From: Candidatus Krumholzibacteriota bacterium
GTDB taxonomy: Bacteria > Krumholzibacteriota > Krumholzibacteriia > JAJRXK01
Length of the DNA: 64,000 nucleotides
Direction of reading: 5' to 3'
NCBI GenBank assembly: GCA_963806035.1
Contig: CAWDWO010000009.1
Location: 8,801-72,800 of the forward strand
Below, piece by piece: positions 36,818 to 47,416 of the stretch (position 1 is its first letter; the number at the start of each line of letters is the position of its first letter). Both the position numbers and the translations under genes were made by a program. Under the pieces are notes generated by a model. It was given only the letters and a program-made list of their open reading frames with translations, did no database searches and was not told where the DNA came from.

Positions 36818-38308
36818 TCAGCCCCCGAGCAACCAGTGCATCGAGGCGTCCGCGAAGGCCTTCACCGGGCTCCAGTAGAGCCCCAGCACCAGGGTCGGCA
36901 CGGCGAGAACCACCAGAAGCACCATGTGAACCGGCGAAAGCCCCAGGCCCCCCTCGTCTTCAGAATGCTCGAAGAACATGGCTTTGGCGATGCGCATGTA
37001 GTAGTAGAGGCTGATCACGCTGTTGAGGACCGCGATGAACGCCAACCAGCCCATCTGCCCGTCGATCGCCGCCGCGAAGAGGTAGAATTTGGCGATGAAT
37101 CCGAAGGTGGGCGGAATTCCCGCGAGCGAAAGCAAGAAGACCACCATGATGACCGCGAGCAGGGGCTCGCGGAAGCCGATGCCCCGGTACTCGTCGATGT
37201 CCTCGCTGCCCAGGCGGTTGTTGAGCGCGATCACGACCAGGAAGGCGCCCAGATTCATGATGGCGTAGGCGATGAGGTAGAACAGGATGGCGGACAGGCC
37301 GGCCTCGCTCAAGAGCACGAAGCCGATGAGCAAGTAGCCGACGTGCGCGATGGAGGAATAGGCCAGAAGCCTCTTCACGTTCCTCTGACGAATCGCGGCC
37401 AGGTTTCCCCAGGTCATGGTGATCACGCTCAAGAACGCCAGCAGCCATGGCCACTGGATACTCGAGAGCGCCGCCATGGTGCCCGCGCCGTCCGATTGCA
37501 CCAGAGCGGTGTAGAAGAAGCGAATGAGGAGAGCGAAGCCGGCCGCCTTGGGTCCGGCCGCGAAGATCGCGGCCACCGGGGTTGGCGCGCCCTCGTAGAC
37601 GTCCGGCGTCCAGAAGTGGAAGGGCACCGCGGAGATTTTGTACCCGATCCCGGCCAGGATCAAAACGCAAGCGGTGAGGGTAGCCAGTTCGTTGCCCCCG
37701 AACACCAGTCTGTCGTGCAATCCGGTGAAGGACATCGCCCCGCTCAGGCCATAGAGAATGGAGGCGCCGTAGAGCATCAAACCGCTGCTTACCGCGCCCC
37801 AGAGCACGTATTTCAGGGAGGCCTCCGAGGAACGGAGGCTCATGCGGGCGTAGCCGGCCAGAATGTAGCTGGTGATCGAGACCAGCTCGATGGACAGGAC
37901 CAGCATGACGAGGTTGTTGGCCTCGGCCATGACCATCATGCCGAAGCAGAGCACCGCCAGATAGGCGTAGTACTCGCCCTTGTTCTCGCGGTCAGCTCCC
38001 ATGATTTCGCGGCTGCTGAAGCTGAATACGGCCACGATGAGGGTGACGGCCAAAAAGAGCACGCGGAAGAACTGGGCGTAGGGATCGACCACCATCATGG
38101 TCCCCATGATATCGTGCGCCCCGCGCGGCGGATTGGCGACCGCTACCGCGAGCGCCACGACCACGCCCAGAATGAGAACGCTCAGCGTCGCTCCATGACG
38201 GCGTTCACGCGTCAACAAATCCGTCAGCAAGCAGGCCACGAAGGTCAGGGCCATGATTGCCTCGGGCCAGAAGAACGCCGCGTCAGACCAGTTGAAACTC
38301 ACCGTCAT
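36818..38308 (-). CDS. nuoN: NADH-quinone oxidoreductase subunit N
   Basis: 496-aa antiporter-like subunit, last gene of the colinear nuo cluster. Confidence 0.85.
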   Translation of the reverse strand: MTVSFNWSDAAFFWPEAIMALTFVACLLTDLLTRERRHGATLSVLILGVVVALAVAVANPPRGAHDIMGTMMVVDPYAQFFRVLFLAVTLIVAVFSFSSREIMGADRENKGEYYAYLAVLCFGMMVMAEANNLVMLVLSIELVSITSYILAGYARMSLRSSEASLKYVLWGAVSSGLMLYGASILYGLSGAMSFTGLHDRLVFGGNELATLTACVLILAGIGYKISAVPFHFWTPDVYEGAPTPVAAIFAAGPKAAGFALLIRFFYTALVQSDGAGTMAALSSIQWPWLLAFLSVITMTWGNLAAIRQRNVKRLLAYSSIAHVGYLLIGFVLLSEAGLSAILFYLIAYAIMNLGAFLVVIALNNRLGSEDIDEYRGIGFREPLLAVIMVVFLLSLAGIPPTFGFIAKFYLFAAAIDGQMGWLAFIAVLNSVISLYYYMRIAKAMFFEHSEDEGGLGLSPVHMVLLVVLAVPTLVLGLYWSPVKAFADASMHWLLGG

Positions 38309-38311
38309 CTC

Positions 38312-39823
38312 CTAGCCGGGGATCATCCCGATGAGGGTGATGAGCGAAGTCTTGACCATGTTGATGAAGGGCGCCGGATAGACTCCGATGAAGATCACGA
38401 TGGCCGCCAGAGGGATCACCGTGGCCAGCTCGCGAGCGTTGATGTCCGGGATATCGGCGTACTTCTCGTTGAGGGGGCCCAAAAAGACCCTCTGCAACAT
38501 CCACAGCACGTAGGTCGCGCCGATGATGATTCCCACCGCGCTCACCATGGTCACCACGCGGTAGACGGGGAAGGCGCCCAGGAACACCAAGGCCTCGCCC
38601 ACGAAGCCGCTGAGACCCGGCAGGCCCAGAGCCGCGAACAGGGCCAAGCTGAAGACGGTGGTGTAGCGCGGCATCACCGAGCCCAAGCCACCGAAGCCAT
38701 TGATCTCGCGATGATGGGCGCGATCGTAGATGACGCCCACCATGAGGAAGAGCATGGCCGTGATCGTGCCGTGGTTGAACATCTGCAGCATCGCCCCGGT
38801 GATGCCGGCTTCGTTGAACACCGCCATCCCCAAGAGCACGTAGCCCATGTGACTCACCGAGGAATAGGCCACCAGCTTCTTCATGTCCTTCTGCGCCAAG
38901 GCGCAGAAGGCTCCGTAGATGATGTTGATCGCCCCCAGGATGGCCAGGGGCAGGGCGAACCAGCGCACCGCGTCGGGCAGGATGGGAAAGCAGATCCGCA
39001 GCATTCCGTAGGTGCCCATCTTCAGGAGCACCCCGGCGAGGATCACGCTGACCGCGGTGGGCGCCTCGACGTGCGCGTCGGGCAACCATGTGTGGAAGGG
39101 GAAGATCGGCACCTTCACCGCGAATCCGATGAAGAGGAACATGAAGATCAAGTGGCGCACGTTCACGTTCAGAAGCCATGCTCCGTGGTTCACCTGGTTC
39201 ATCATGTAGAGCATGTTGAAGGTGTGCTGCCCGGTGTTGGGATCGCGCACGTTCAGATAGAGCGCGATCATGGCCAAGAGCATCAGCACGGACCCGGCCA
39301 GGGTATACAGGAAGAACTTGATCGCCGCGTACTCGCGACGCGGACCGCCCCAGATGCCGATGAGGAAGTACATCGGGAGCAGCATCACTTCCCAGAACAC
39401 GTAGAAGAGGAAGAAATCGAGCGAGACGAACACTCCCATCATGCCGGTTTCCAACATGAGGAAGAGGGCAAAGTAGCCCTTGGTCGCCTTCTCGATCTTC
39501 CAGCTCGCTCCGATGCACAAGAACGACAGAAGGGCGGTGAGCAGAACCATCGCCACCGAGATGCCGTCCACCCCCACGAAGTAGTCGATGTTGAAGCCAC
39601 GGATCCAGGGGGTCTTCTGCCAGAACTGAATGGCGGAGGTTCCCCGGTCGAAGCTGAACATGAGCTGGATTGCGAGAGCGAGTGGGATGGCAGCGGTCAC
39701 CAAAGCCGTCCATCGATGCGCCGTCTTGTTGTTCGACGGCAACATCACCAGGATGGCCGCGCCCAGAAGCGGCACGAATGTCATCCAGGTCAACAGCGCG
39801 CTGGGGTTCGCGAGTTCGGTCAT
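38312..39823 (-). CDS. nuoM: NADH-quinone oxidoreductase subunit M
   Basis: 503-aa antiporter-like subunit with conserved NuoM motifs. Confidence 0.85.
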   Translation of the reverse strand: MTELANPSALLTWMTFVPLLGAAILVMLPSNNKTAHRWTALVTAAIPLALAIQLMFSFDRGTSAIQFWQKTPWIRGFNIDYFVGVDGISVAMVLLTALLSFLCIGASWKIEKATKGYFALFLMLETGMMGVFVSLDFFLFYVFWEVMLLPMYFLIGIWGGPRREYAAIKFFLYTLAGSVLMLLAMIALYLNVRDPNTGQHTFNMLYMMNQVNHGAWLLNVNVRHLIFMFLFIGFAVKVPIFPFHTWLPDAHVEAPTAVSVILAGVLLKMGTYGMLRICFPILPDAVRWFALPLAILGAINIIYGAFCALAQKDMKKLVAYSSVSHMGYVLLGMAVFNEAGITGAMLQMFNHGTITAMLFLMVGVIYDRAHHREINGFGGLGSVMPRYTTVFSLALFAALGLPGLSGFVGEALVFLGAFPVYRVVTMVSAVGIIIGATYVLWMLQRVFLGPLNEKYADIPDINARELATVIPLAAIVIFIGVYPAPFINMVKTSLITLIGMIPG

Positions 39824-39880
39824 CGGTCGAGTGCTCCTTCATGGGTGGACGGCGCTGCCGTCCGGTTCAGTCGTGCCCCG

Positions 39881-41869
39881 CTACGAGGGCCACGCCACTC
39901 GATACACGAGAATGAGAATTACCAGCCCCGAAATCAGGCCGAGCAAATAGGTTTGAATCCGTCCGGTCTGCAGGCCCCGCAGCGCACTGCCAAAGCTGCG
40001 CAGCAGCTCGCCCGTACCGTTCACCAGTCCGTCGACCACGGCATTGTCGAAAGCGCCGACGAGCCAACCGAGTGCTCGCGTGAAGTAGCCCACGCCATTC
40101 ACGATGCCGTCGACGATCAATTTGTCGAAGCCGGCAACGACCGAGGCCTTGGCCAGAGTTCCGCGAATGACGGTGTCGCGGTAGATCTCGTCGAACCAAT
40201 ACTTGTTCCACAGCAGGCGGTAGGCCCCCGGGAACGCGCGCTGCACGCGGGCACTGTCGATGAGCTTCGCCTTGTAAGTGAGCCAGGAAAGGAGAATCCC
40301 CAGGCCGGCGATGGCGAGCGAGGACCACATCGCAATGATGTGAGCGCTGTGATGCACTCCGTGCTCGGCGGATTCGTGCACGCCGGGATTCATCACGAAG
40401 CGGTGGAACCAGGCGGATCCCTGTGCGGTGAGCCCTCCCGCGACGACGGCGAGCGCCGCCAGCACCATGAGCGGAATCGCCATGCTCATGCCGACTTCGT
40501 GCGCGTGATCATACTTCTTCTCGTTGCGCGGCTTGCCGGTGAAGGTCATGAAGACGATGCGGAACATGTAGAAGGAGGTGAATCCGGCCGCGAGCAGTGA
40601 CATTGCAAAGGGCAGCCAGTGAACCGGGTGCTCCATCCCGAAGGCGAGCGCCGCGGCCAGAATGGCGTCCTTGGAATAGAAGCCCGAGAACGGCGGCACC
40701 CCGGAGATGGCCAGGGTGGCCAGGAGGAAAGTGGCGAAAGTGATGGGGAGCTTGTGCCTCAGTCCACCCATCTCGCGCATGTCCTGTTCGTGGTGCATGG
40801 CGTGGATGACCGCCCCACTCCCCAAGAACAAAAGGGCCTTGAAGAAGGCGTGGGTGGTCAGGTGGAACATTCCCGCGAAGACACCGCCCACGCCCACCGC
40901 CATCACCATGTATCCCAGCTGGCTGATGGTCGAGTAGGCCAGGCCGCGCTTGATGTCGGTCTGCACCACCGCCACCGTCGCCGCCCCCAATGCGGTGATC
41001 GCTCCCACGTAAATGATGAAGAGCAGCGCGCTAGGGGTGAACAGGGGGAAGAGCCGCGCGATCATGTACACGCCGGCCGCGACCATGGTGGCGGCGTGGA
41101 TGAGCGCGGAGACCGGAGTGGGGCCCTCCATCGCGTCGGGCAGCCAGATGTGCAGCGGAACCTGCGCGCTCTTGCCGATGCACCCCATGAAGAGCAGAAC
41201 CCCGGCCGCGGTCAAAAGGCCGCCCGAGAGCACTCCGCTGTGCACGCTCTCGAAGATGTGGGTGTAGCCAAAACTACCTGTCGTCGTGAAGAAGATCAAA
41301 ATCCCCAGCCAGAATCCGTAGTCGCCCACCCGATTGACCAAAAATGCCTTTTTCCCCGCATTGGCCGCCGAGGGTTTCTTGAAAAAGAAACCGATGAGGA
41401 GGTAGCTGGCCAAACCCACCAGCTCCCAGAAGATGTACAGGAAGAAGACATTGTTGCTGAGCACGATGCCCAGCATGGCGAAAGTGAACCAGCCCAAAAA
41501 CGCGAAGTATCGCGCGTAGCGTTCGTCGCCCTTCATGTACCCCATCGAGAAGACATGCACCCAGAAGGAGATGGTGGTGACCACCACCAGCATGATGGAT
41601 GTCATGCCGTCGACCAGGATGCCCGCGTCCACGTGGAAGCGCGCGATCTTGAACCAGGTCCAGCTCGCTTCGATTTTGTAGGCAGGATCGTCCAGGGCCC
41701 AGAAGTGGAAGAAGATGCGCAGCGAGAGGATCCAGGCGATGGCGAGCGCGGTCACTCCGATGAAATCACCGCGCCGCGGCAGCTTCTCCCCCAGGAAAAA
41801 GGTGAGAAGGTAACTGAGCAGCGGGAGCCCCAGGATGACGAGCGCCATTGTGATGATTTGTTGGTCCAC
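39881..41869 (-). CDS. nuoL: NADH-quinone oxidoreductase subunit L
   Basis: 662-aa subunit with the long C-terminal extension typical of NuoL. Confidence 0.85.
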   Translation of the reverse strand: MDQQIITMALVILGLPLLSYLLTFFLGEKLPRRGDFIGVTALAIAWILSLRIFFHFWALDDPAYKIEASWTWFKIARFHVDAGILVDGMTSIMLVVVTTISFWVHVFSMGYMKGDERYARYFAFLGWFTFAMLGIVLSNNVFFLYIFWELVGLASYLLIGFFFKKPSAANAGKKAFLVNRVGDYGFWLGILIFFTTTGSFGYTHIFESVHSGVLSGGLLTAAGVLLFMGCIGKSAQVPLHIWLPDAMEGPTPVSALIHAATMVAAGVYMIARLFPLFTPSALLFIIYVGAITALGAATVAVVQTDIKRGLAYSTISQLGYMVMAVGVGGVFAGMFHLTTHAFFKALLFLGSGAVIHAMHHEQDMREMGGLRHKLPITFATFLLATLAISGVPPFSGFYSKDAILAAALAFGMEHPVHWLPFAMSLLAAGFTSFYMFRIVFMTFTGKPRNEKKYDHAHEVGMSMAIPLMVLAALAVVAGGLTAQGSAWFHRFVMNPGVHESAEHGVHHSAHIIAMWSSLAIAGLGILLSWLTYKAKLIDSARVQRAFPGAYRLLWNKYWFDEIYRDTVIRGTLAKASVVAGFDKLIVDGIVNGVGYFTRALGWLVGAFDNAVVDGLVNGTGELLRSFGSALRGLQTGRIQTYLLGLISGLVILILVYRVAWPS

Positions 41870-41880
41870 GGCCTGCGCCC

Positions 41881-42192
41881 CTAGTGCCTGAGACGGTCCA
41901 CTTGCTCCACGTGGACGGTCTGAAAGTTACGAAAGATGGCCAAGACGATGGCCAAGGCAACCGCCGCTTCCGCCGCGGCCAAGACGATGATGAAAATGGT
42001 CATGAGCTGACCGCTCAGGTCCGCCGCGCCATACCTTCCGAAGGCCACGAAATTGAGCGCGGCCGAGTTCAGGATGAGTTCGACGCCCATGAGCATGACG
42101 ATGGCATTGCGGCGGCTCATCACGATGAACAGACCGAGTGCGAAGAGGATCGCCCCCAAAGTCAGATAGTGGACGAGGCCCACGTGCATCAC
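41881..42192 (-). CDS. nuoK: NADH-quinone oxidoreductase subunit K
   Basis: 103-aa, 3-TM protein with the conserved NuoK glutamate-containing helices. Confidence 0.85.
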   Translation of the reverse strand: MMHVGLVHYLTLGAILFALGLFIVMSRRNAIVMLMGVELILNSAALNFVAFGRYGAADLSGQLMTIFIIVLAAAEAAVALAIVLAIFRNFQTVHVEQVDRLRH

Positions 42193-42698
42193 CGGGTATC
42201 CTCCTTGTCTCGCTTTTCACGAATGATCATGGCGGCGCCGATCATCGCCACCAGCAAGAGGATGCTGGTGAACTCGAAGGGGAAGAGATACTGCGTCAGG
42301 ATCTTCTGCCCGAGGGCGGCCGTGGTGGGTTGCGACTCGCCGAGTGTCGCCAGAGGCCACGCGGTCCGAAAGATGGTCAGAAGCATCAGGGCCAGTACCA
42401 CGGCGGACACCGCCAGAGCCGGGACGGGCTGAACGAGTTCGTCGTGCAACTTCGTGCTCATGATGCGGTTGGTCATCATGACCGCGAAGAGCACGAGGAC
42501 GAGGATGCCTCCCACGTAGACGACGATTTGAGTGATGGCCAAGAAGTCGGCGCCCAGAAAGAGGTACATGGCGCAGACACCCAAAAGCGCGAAGAGCAGC
42601 GACATCCCGCTGTGGACGACCGAGCGGCTGAAGGCGACGACCAGGCCGGCGGCGACGGTGATCGCGGCGAAGAGATACCAGATGAGATCTCCGGTCAC
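42189..42698 (-). CDS. nuoJ: NADH-quinone oxidoreductase subunit J
   Basis: A GTG start at 42698 with a GGGGGAG RBS. It overlaps the nuoI stop by 4 nt. NuoJ-like TM pattern. Confidence 0.75.
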   Translation of the reverse strand: MTGDLIWYLFAAITVAAGLVVAFSRSVVHSGMSLLFALLGVCAMYLFLGADFLAITQIVVYVGGILVLVLFAVMMTNRIMSTKLHDELVQPVPALAVSAVVLALMLLTIFRTAWPLATLGESQPTTAALGQKILTQYLFPFEFTSILLLVAMIGAAMIIREKRDKEDTR

Positions 42699-43201
42699 TG
42701 CTCTCCCCCTTCGACTTTCGTAGCGGAAGAAGCGGCGGGAGCCGAAGCGGCGTCCTCGTCCTTCTTCTTGGGTTCCTTGGGAATCTTGTAGGGCACCACG
42801 GGCTCGTCGACGTACTCGTACACCAGCCGGCTGCGCTTGTAGAGCGAGTGGTCGTAGTCGTGGCTCATCGTGATGCAGTTGGTCGGGCAGGGCTCGGTGC
42901 ACAGAGAGCACCAGATGCATTTGTTGTAGTCGATCGCGAAGCGCGACATCGTCTTCTCTTTGCCCTTGCCCTCCATCTCGATGTAGATGCAATCGACCGG
43001 ACAGGCCTTGGCGCAAAGCTGGCACGCCGTACAGCGCGGCACGTCGTTGTGAACGAAGCCCCGGAAACGTTCCGGCAGCGACCAGCGTTCGTCGGGGAAC
43101 TGCTGCGTCACCGGTTTCTTGAAGAAGTACTTGATGGTGATCCGCATGCCCTTGGCGATCGAGCTCAGGCTTCGCTGGATGTCACCGGCTAATTTCACCA
43201 C
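42695..43201 (-). CDS. nuoI: NADH-quinone oxidoreductase subunit I (2x[4Fe-4S] ferredoxin)
   Basis: Two CxxCxxCxxxCP motifs (CTACQLCAKACP, CIWCSLCTEPCP). Confidence 0.85.
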   Translation of the reverse strand: MVKLAGDIQRSLSSIAKGMRITIKYFFKKPVTQQFPDERWSLPERFRGFVHNDVPRCTACQLCAKACPVDCIYIEMEGKGKEKTMSRFAIDYNKCIWCSLCTEPCPTNCITMSHDYDHSLYKRSRLVYEYVDEPVVPYKIPKEPKKKDEDAASAPAASSATKVEGGEQ

Positions 43202-43231
43202 TTCGTCCTCGCTTGAGGCGCCTGCGCGCGC

Positions 43232-44278
43232 CTAGAACAAGACTTTCAAAAGACCAAAGACCAAGAGCAACACCAACACGATGGGAAGGAGCACCTTCCA
43301 ACACACCGACATCAGTTGGTCCACCCGCAGGCGCGGCAGGGTCCAGCGCAGCCACATCTGCAAGAACACCACGAGCACGCTCTTGCCCACGAAAATTACT
43401 GGCGCGGGAATGACGCGATCCAGCGCCGGCACGCCGGAATTCCAGCCGCCCAAGAAGACGGCCACCGCGATGGCCGCCACCGCGAACATGTCCGCGTACT
43501 CGCCCAGCATGAAGAAGGCGAATTTCATCCCCGTGTACTCGGTGTGGTATCCCGCCACCAGCTCCGATTCGGATTCCGGCAAGTCGAAAGGAATCCGGTT
43601 GACCTCGGCCAGAGAGGCGATGAGGTAGATCACGAAGCTCAAGAGCAGAAGAGGATGAAAAACGTGCCACTGCCAGATCCAACCGCTCTGGGCCTGGGTG
43701 ATGACGCCCAGGTTCAAGCTGCCGGTGGTCATCACCACGGGAATCACCGCCAAAGCCAGCGGAATCTCGTAGGAGACGACCTGGGCCGCTCCGCGCATCG
43801 CTCCGTAGAGGGCCCACTTGTTGTTGCTGCCCCAGCCCGCCATGATGATTCCGATGACGACCAGACTGCTGGTGGCGAAGGCGTAGAAGAGCCCCACGTC
43901 CAACTTCGCGCCCACGAAGCTCGGACCGAAGGGAAGCACCACGAAGGTGAGGAAAGCTCCGGTGAAACAGACCACCGGCGCGGCTCGCCACAGAATCTTG
44001 TCTGCGCTGGCGGGCGCGATATCCTCCTTGAGCAGAAACTTGATCCCATCGGCGATCGGCTGGAGGATGCCGTGCCAGTGCCCCACGTACATCGGGCCGT
44101 AGCGGGATTGCATGAAACCGGCGACCTTCCGCTCCGCCAGGCTGAAGATCATCACCGCGACGGCGACGCCGGCCAAAATGATCACCGCGATCGTGAGCAT
44201 CGCCATGCCCTGAAGGAGCGGCTGCGGCCATCCCGCGAAGATCCCCATGCTCTTGAACGCTGCGTAGAAGAATTCCAA
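43232..44278 (-). CDS. nuoH: NADH-quinone oxidoreductase subunit H
   Basis: 348-aa polytopic subunit with NuoH-family conserved regions. Confidence 0.85.
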   Translation of the reverse strand: MEFFYAAFKSMGIFAGWPQPLLQGMAMLTIAVIILAGVAVAVMIFSLAERKVAGFMQSRYGPMYVGHWHGILQPIADGIKFLLKEDIAPASADKILWRAAPVVCFTGAFLTFVVLPFGPSFVGAKLDVGLFYAFATSSLVVIGIIMAGWGSNNKWALYGAMRGAAQVVSYEIPLALAVIPVVMTTGSLNLGVITQAQSGWIWQWHVFHPLLLLSFVIYLIASLAEVNRIPFDLPESESELVAGYHTEYTGMKFAFFMLGEYADMFAVAAIAVAVFLGGWNSGVPALDRVIPAPVIFVGKSVLVVFLQMWLRWTLPRLRVDQLMSVCWKVLLPIVLVLLLVFGLLKVLF

Positions 44279-44326
44279 GGCTGCCTTCGTCTCCTCTTTG
44301 CCCGGACCCGAGGGTCCCGCGGGCGC

Positions 44327-45520
44327 CTATCGGTCGATCTCTCCCAAGACCAGATCCAGGGACCCCACGGTGGCCACGAGGTCGGAGATCATCTGACCTC
44401 GGCCCACTTTCTCGATGACGCTCAAGTTGTGAATCGATGGGCTGCGCGTCTTGCAGCGGAACGGCACCGTCCCCCCGTCCGAAACGATCCAAAAGCCGAG
44501 TTCGCCCTTCGGGTTCTCCGCGCGGAAGTAGATTTCGCCGGGGGGAATCTTGAGGTTCTTGGGCATCTCCGCCATCACCTCGCCGCGCTTGGGCATTTGC
44601 TCGATGGCCTGGGCGACGATGCGGGTGGACTGTTCCATTTCATCCATACGCACTTTGTACCGATCCCAGCAGTCGCCCACCGTTCCCATCTTGCCGCTGC
44701 CCACCGCCGTCTCGAAATCGAAGCGGTCGTAGATGCTGTAGGGCTCGTCTTTCCTCAGATCGAAATTGACTCCGGCGCCGCGAAGCACGGGACCGCTGCA
44801 TCCGTAGTCGATGGCGTCCTGTCGATTGATCACGCCGACTCTCGCGGTGCGCTGGATGAAGATCTCGTTGGTGGAGAGTAGAGTGTCGTACTCCTTCAGC
44901 TTCTTGGGGAACATCTCCACGAAGAGTTTGATCTCCTCCATGGCATCGTCGGGGATGTCCCACTTCACTCCGCCCACGTCGTAGTAGGTATACATGAGGC
45001 GCGCGCCGCAGATTTTCTCGAAGATGTTGAGTATGGCCTCGCGCTCTCGAATGGCGTGGAGGAAGGGCGTGAATGCGCCGATGTCCAGACCATAGGTTCC
45101 GAAGGCGATGAGATGGCTCGCGATACGGTTGAGCTCGCCCACGATCACCCGCACGTATTCCGCATACTCGGGGATGACGACTTCCATCTCCGTCTCGCGC
45201 ATCAAGGCCTCGACCGCAAGACAGTAGGTCCAGTTGCAGTTCATGGCCGCGAGGTAGTCCATGCGGTCGGTGTAGAGCACGTACTGATGGTAGGTGTTTC
45301 CCTCGGCGATCTTCTCCGCGCAGCGGTGCAAATACCCCAGGTAGGGAACCACTTCGTTGACGATCTCTCCGTCGGTGGTGACGAAGAGTCGCAGCACCCC
45401 GTGAGTCGCCGGGTGCTGGGGACCCATGTTGATGTGCAGGAGCTGACTCTTCAGCGGCCGCGCCGTGTCATCGCTGCGCTCGACGGCCAGCTTGGTCGTG
45501 TCGCTCGGGTTGCGCGTCAT
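44327..45520 (-). CDS. nuoD: NADH-quinone oxidoreductase subunit D (49 kDa)
   Basis: NMGPQHPATHGVLRL signature near the N-terminus. 397 aa. Confidence 0.85.
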   Translation of the reverse strand: MTRNPSDTTKLAVERSDDTARPLKSQLLHINMGPQHPATHGVLRLFVTTDGEIVNEVVPYLGYLHRCAEKIAEGNTYHQYVLYTDRMDYLAAMNCNWTYCLAVEALMRETEMEVVIPEYAEYVRVIVGELNRIASHLIAFGTYGLDIGAFTPFLHAIREREAILNIFEKICGARLMYTYYDVGGVKWDIPDDAMEEIKLFVEMFPKKLKEYDTLLSTNEIFIQRTARVGVINRQDAIDYGCSGPVLRGAGVNFDLRKDEPYSIYDRFDFETAVGSGKMGTVGDCWDRYKVRMDEMEQSTRIVAQAIEQMPKRGEVMAEMPKNLKIPPGEIYFRAENPKGELGFWIVSDGGTVPFRCKTRSPSIHNLSVIEKVGRGQMISDLVATVGSLDLVLGEIDR

Positions 45521-46116
45521 TCCTCTTCCGCCCCCCTCTTCTCACGAACCGCCAATGGGAGACCTTCCAGGGGCACCCCCTGCCACTCCTTGGGCATCTG
45601 ATAGTCTTTGCGAAGGGGCCAGCCCTCCCAGTCCTCGGGCAAGAGGAGCCGGCGCAGGTCCGGATGTCCTTCGAACTCGATCCCGTACATGTCGTAGGCC
45701 TCGCGCTCGTGCCAGAGAGCGGTGGGCCAGACCGAACTCACGCTGGCGACTTTGGGATTCTCGCGGCTGACCCTGACCTTCAGAACGAAACGTTCGCGCG
45801 CGCTGAGATTTTCCAGGTGATAGGACATTCCCAAGTTCCCGGTGGCCGGCTCCACGACCGGCTGGACCTTGCCGTCCTCGCTGTACTGCGCGATTGCCCG
45901 GTGCTTGCCGCGGCCTTTTTCATCCCAGCCTTCGAAGTCGATTCCGGCCGCGATGAGCAGGCGGTCGAAGCCCAGCTCCTCGCGCAGCACCCGCGCGACC
46001 TCACGCATGCGCGAAGCATCGATTTCCAGGTAGGGTTCGCCCAAATCGAATTCGCTGCTCAATACCGCTTTGGGGCAGCGCTTCTCGATGAGTTCTCGGA
46101 TTTCCGCAGGCGACAT
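45517..46116 (-). CDS. nuoC: NADH-quinone oxidoreductase subunit C (30 kDa)
   Basis: The internal ATG at 46116 begins MSPAEIRELIEKRCP. A conserved ERExxDMYGI motif is present. There is a 4-nt ATGA overlap with nuoD. Confidence 0.8.
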   Translation of the reverse strand: MSPAEIRELIEKRCPKAVLSSEFDLGEPYLEIDASRMREVARVLREELGFDRLLIAAGIDFEGWDEKGRGKHRAIAQYSEDGKVQPVVEPATGNLGMSYHLENLSARERFVLKVRVSRENPKVASVSSVWPTALWHEREAYDMYGIEFEGHPDLRRLLLPEDWEGWPLRKDYQMPKEWQGVPLEGLPLAVREKRGAEEE

Positions 46117-46141
46117 TGAGTTCGCTCCAAGATCTTCGCGA

Positions 46142-46774
46142 TCAATCGGGGATGGTGGTGATGTACTGATCGACCCACTTCGGCTTGCGCCACTTGCCCT
46201 TCTTCCCGCGGATCTTGTCCTGCAGGCGCATGAGGCCGTCGAGCAGTACTTCGGGGCGCGGAGGACATCCCGGGACGTACACGTCGACCGGCACCATGAG
46301 ATCGACACCCTTCACCACGTGGTAGCCGTACTTGAAGTAAGGTCCGCCGCCGATCGCGCAGCTTCCCATGGCGATGACCCACTTGGGATCGGGCATCTGG
46401 TCGTAGAGGCGCTTGATTCGCAGCGCCATCTTGGCCGTCACCGTTCCCGAGACGATCATCAAATCGGTTTGCCGCGGAGTGCCGCGCATGGCGCCCGCGC
46501 CGAATCGATCCATGTCGTAGCGCGTGCCCGCGGCCGACATCATCTCGATCGCGCAGCAGGCCAACCCGAAGGTCATGGGCCAGATGCTCCACAGGCGCGC
46601 CCAGCGAAACAACTCGTCCACCTTGCCCAGCATCACGTTGGAGGGCCCTGGCTCGGAAACGTCCTTCAAGTCCTCGTCGATCTTGAAGTCGAGCATGTGC
46701 TCCCACTTGGCGGGATCGCGCTCGATGTGGGGACCCTGCAGCCAAACCGGAGCCTTGGATTCATCCGACATCAC
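46142..46774 (-). CDS. nuoB: NADH-quinone oxidoreductase subunit B (20 kDa, N2 cluster)
   Basis: The CCAIEMM...GSCA...C PGCPP cysteine pattern of NuoB. It starts immediately after the nuoA stop. Confidence 0.85.
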   Translation of the reverse strand: MMSDESKAPVWLQGPHIERDPAKWEHMLDFKIDEDLKDVSEPGPSNVMLGKVDELFRWARLWSIWPMTFGLACCAIEMMSAAGTRYDMDRFGAGAMRGTPRQTDLMIVSGTVTAKMALRIKRLYDQMPDPKWVIAMGSCAIGGGPYFKYGYHVVKGVDLMVPVDVYVPGCPPRPEVLLDGLMRLQDKIRGKKGKWRKPKWVDQYITTIPD

Positions 46775-47335
46775 TCACACCCCCTCCGGCTTGGCGCTCT
46801 TGTGGGCCGAGTGCGCATCGGCGGGATACTGCCCCGAGCTGTACCAGGAGAGGGATTCCACCTCGTCCTCGTCGCGGGGCGCCAGGCTTTTCACCCAGGC
46901 CAGGTCGCCCTTGGCCCAGACGTAGGCCAGACCGACCAGGAGGATGGCCACGAAGAGCACCATCTCCCAAAACACGAAGCTGCCCATCTGGGCCAGCATG
47001 TCCTTGAAGACCACGGCCCAGGGCAGAAGGAAGACCACCTCGACGTCGAATACGATGAAGAAGAGGGCCACCAGGTAGAAGCGCACGTTGAAGCGAACCC
47101 AGGGAGATCCCTCCGGAACTTCACCGCACTCATAGGCCATTTCGTCTTTGCGCGAACGCACGCGCGGCCGCAGCGCCCAGGAGATCGCCAGGGTGATGAC
47201 GGCGAAGCCCACCGAGAGCGCGAGAAAGACCAGAACGGTTGCGAAGCGACTGAGCACCTTGATCGTTCCTTTGGACGGGCTCCTCAGCAGATTGCGCGAG
47301 AATCGGACCCGCGTCCCCTCGAGGAGAGCATCCAT
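46775..47335 (-). CDS. nuoA: NADH-quinone oxidoreductase subunit A (with about 40-aa C-terminal extension)
   Basis: The core YECGEVPEGSPWVRFNVRFYLVALFFIVFDVEVVFLLPWAV matches NuoA. The start codon choice is uncertain and the C-terminal tail goes beyond the usual length. Confidence 0.75.
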   Translation of the reverse strand: MDALLEGTRVRFSRNLLRSPSKGTIKVLSRFATVLVFLALSVGFAVITLAISWALRPRVRSRKDEMAYECGEVPEGSPWVRFNVRFYLVALFFIVFDVEVVFLLPWAVVFKDMLAQMGSFVFWEMVLFVAILLVGLAYVWAKGDLAWVKSLAPRDEDEVESLSWYSSGQYPADAHSAHKSAKPEGV

Positions 47336-47365
47336 ATAGAGCCCGCTTGCGAACTCAAGTCAAGC

Positions 47366-47383
47366 ATGCATGAGCATCCATGC
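47366..47383. promoter_or_regulatory. inverted repeat TGCATG-N6-CATGCA 30-50 nt upstream of nuoA
   Basis: Read directly in sequence. It lies in the nuoA/arsR divergent intergenic region. Confidence 0.25.
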
Positions 47384-47416
47384 AAGCCGGGCCAAAACCC
47401 CTGGATCGCGCCAGTC

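Noticed and set aside
35288-40600. 1770-aa plus-strand ORF, the longest in the track
   Set aside because: It runs antisense across the beta-helix lipoprotein and nuoN/nuoM/nuoL genes. Its translation is low-complexity and Arg/Gly/Asp/His-rich with no domain. It is a typical shadow ORF of GC-rich DNA.
40619-44881. 421-aa and 521-aa plus-strand ORFs
   Set aside because: Antisense to nuoL/nuoK and to nuoH/nuoD. His/Arg/Asp-rich shadow ORFs.
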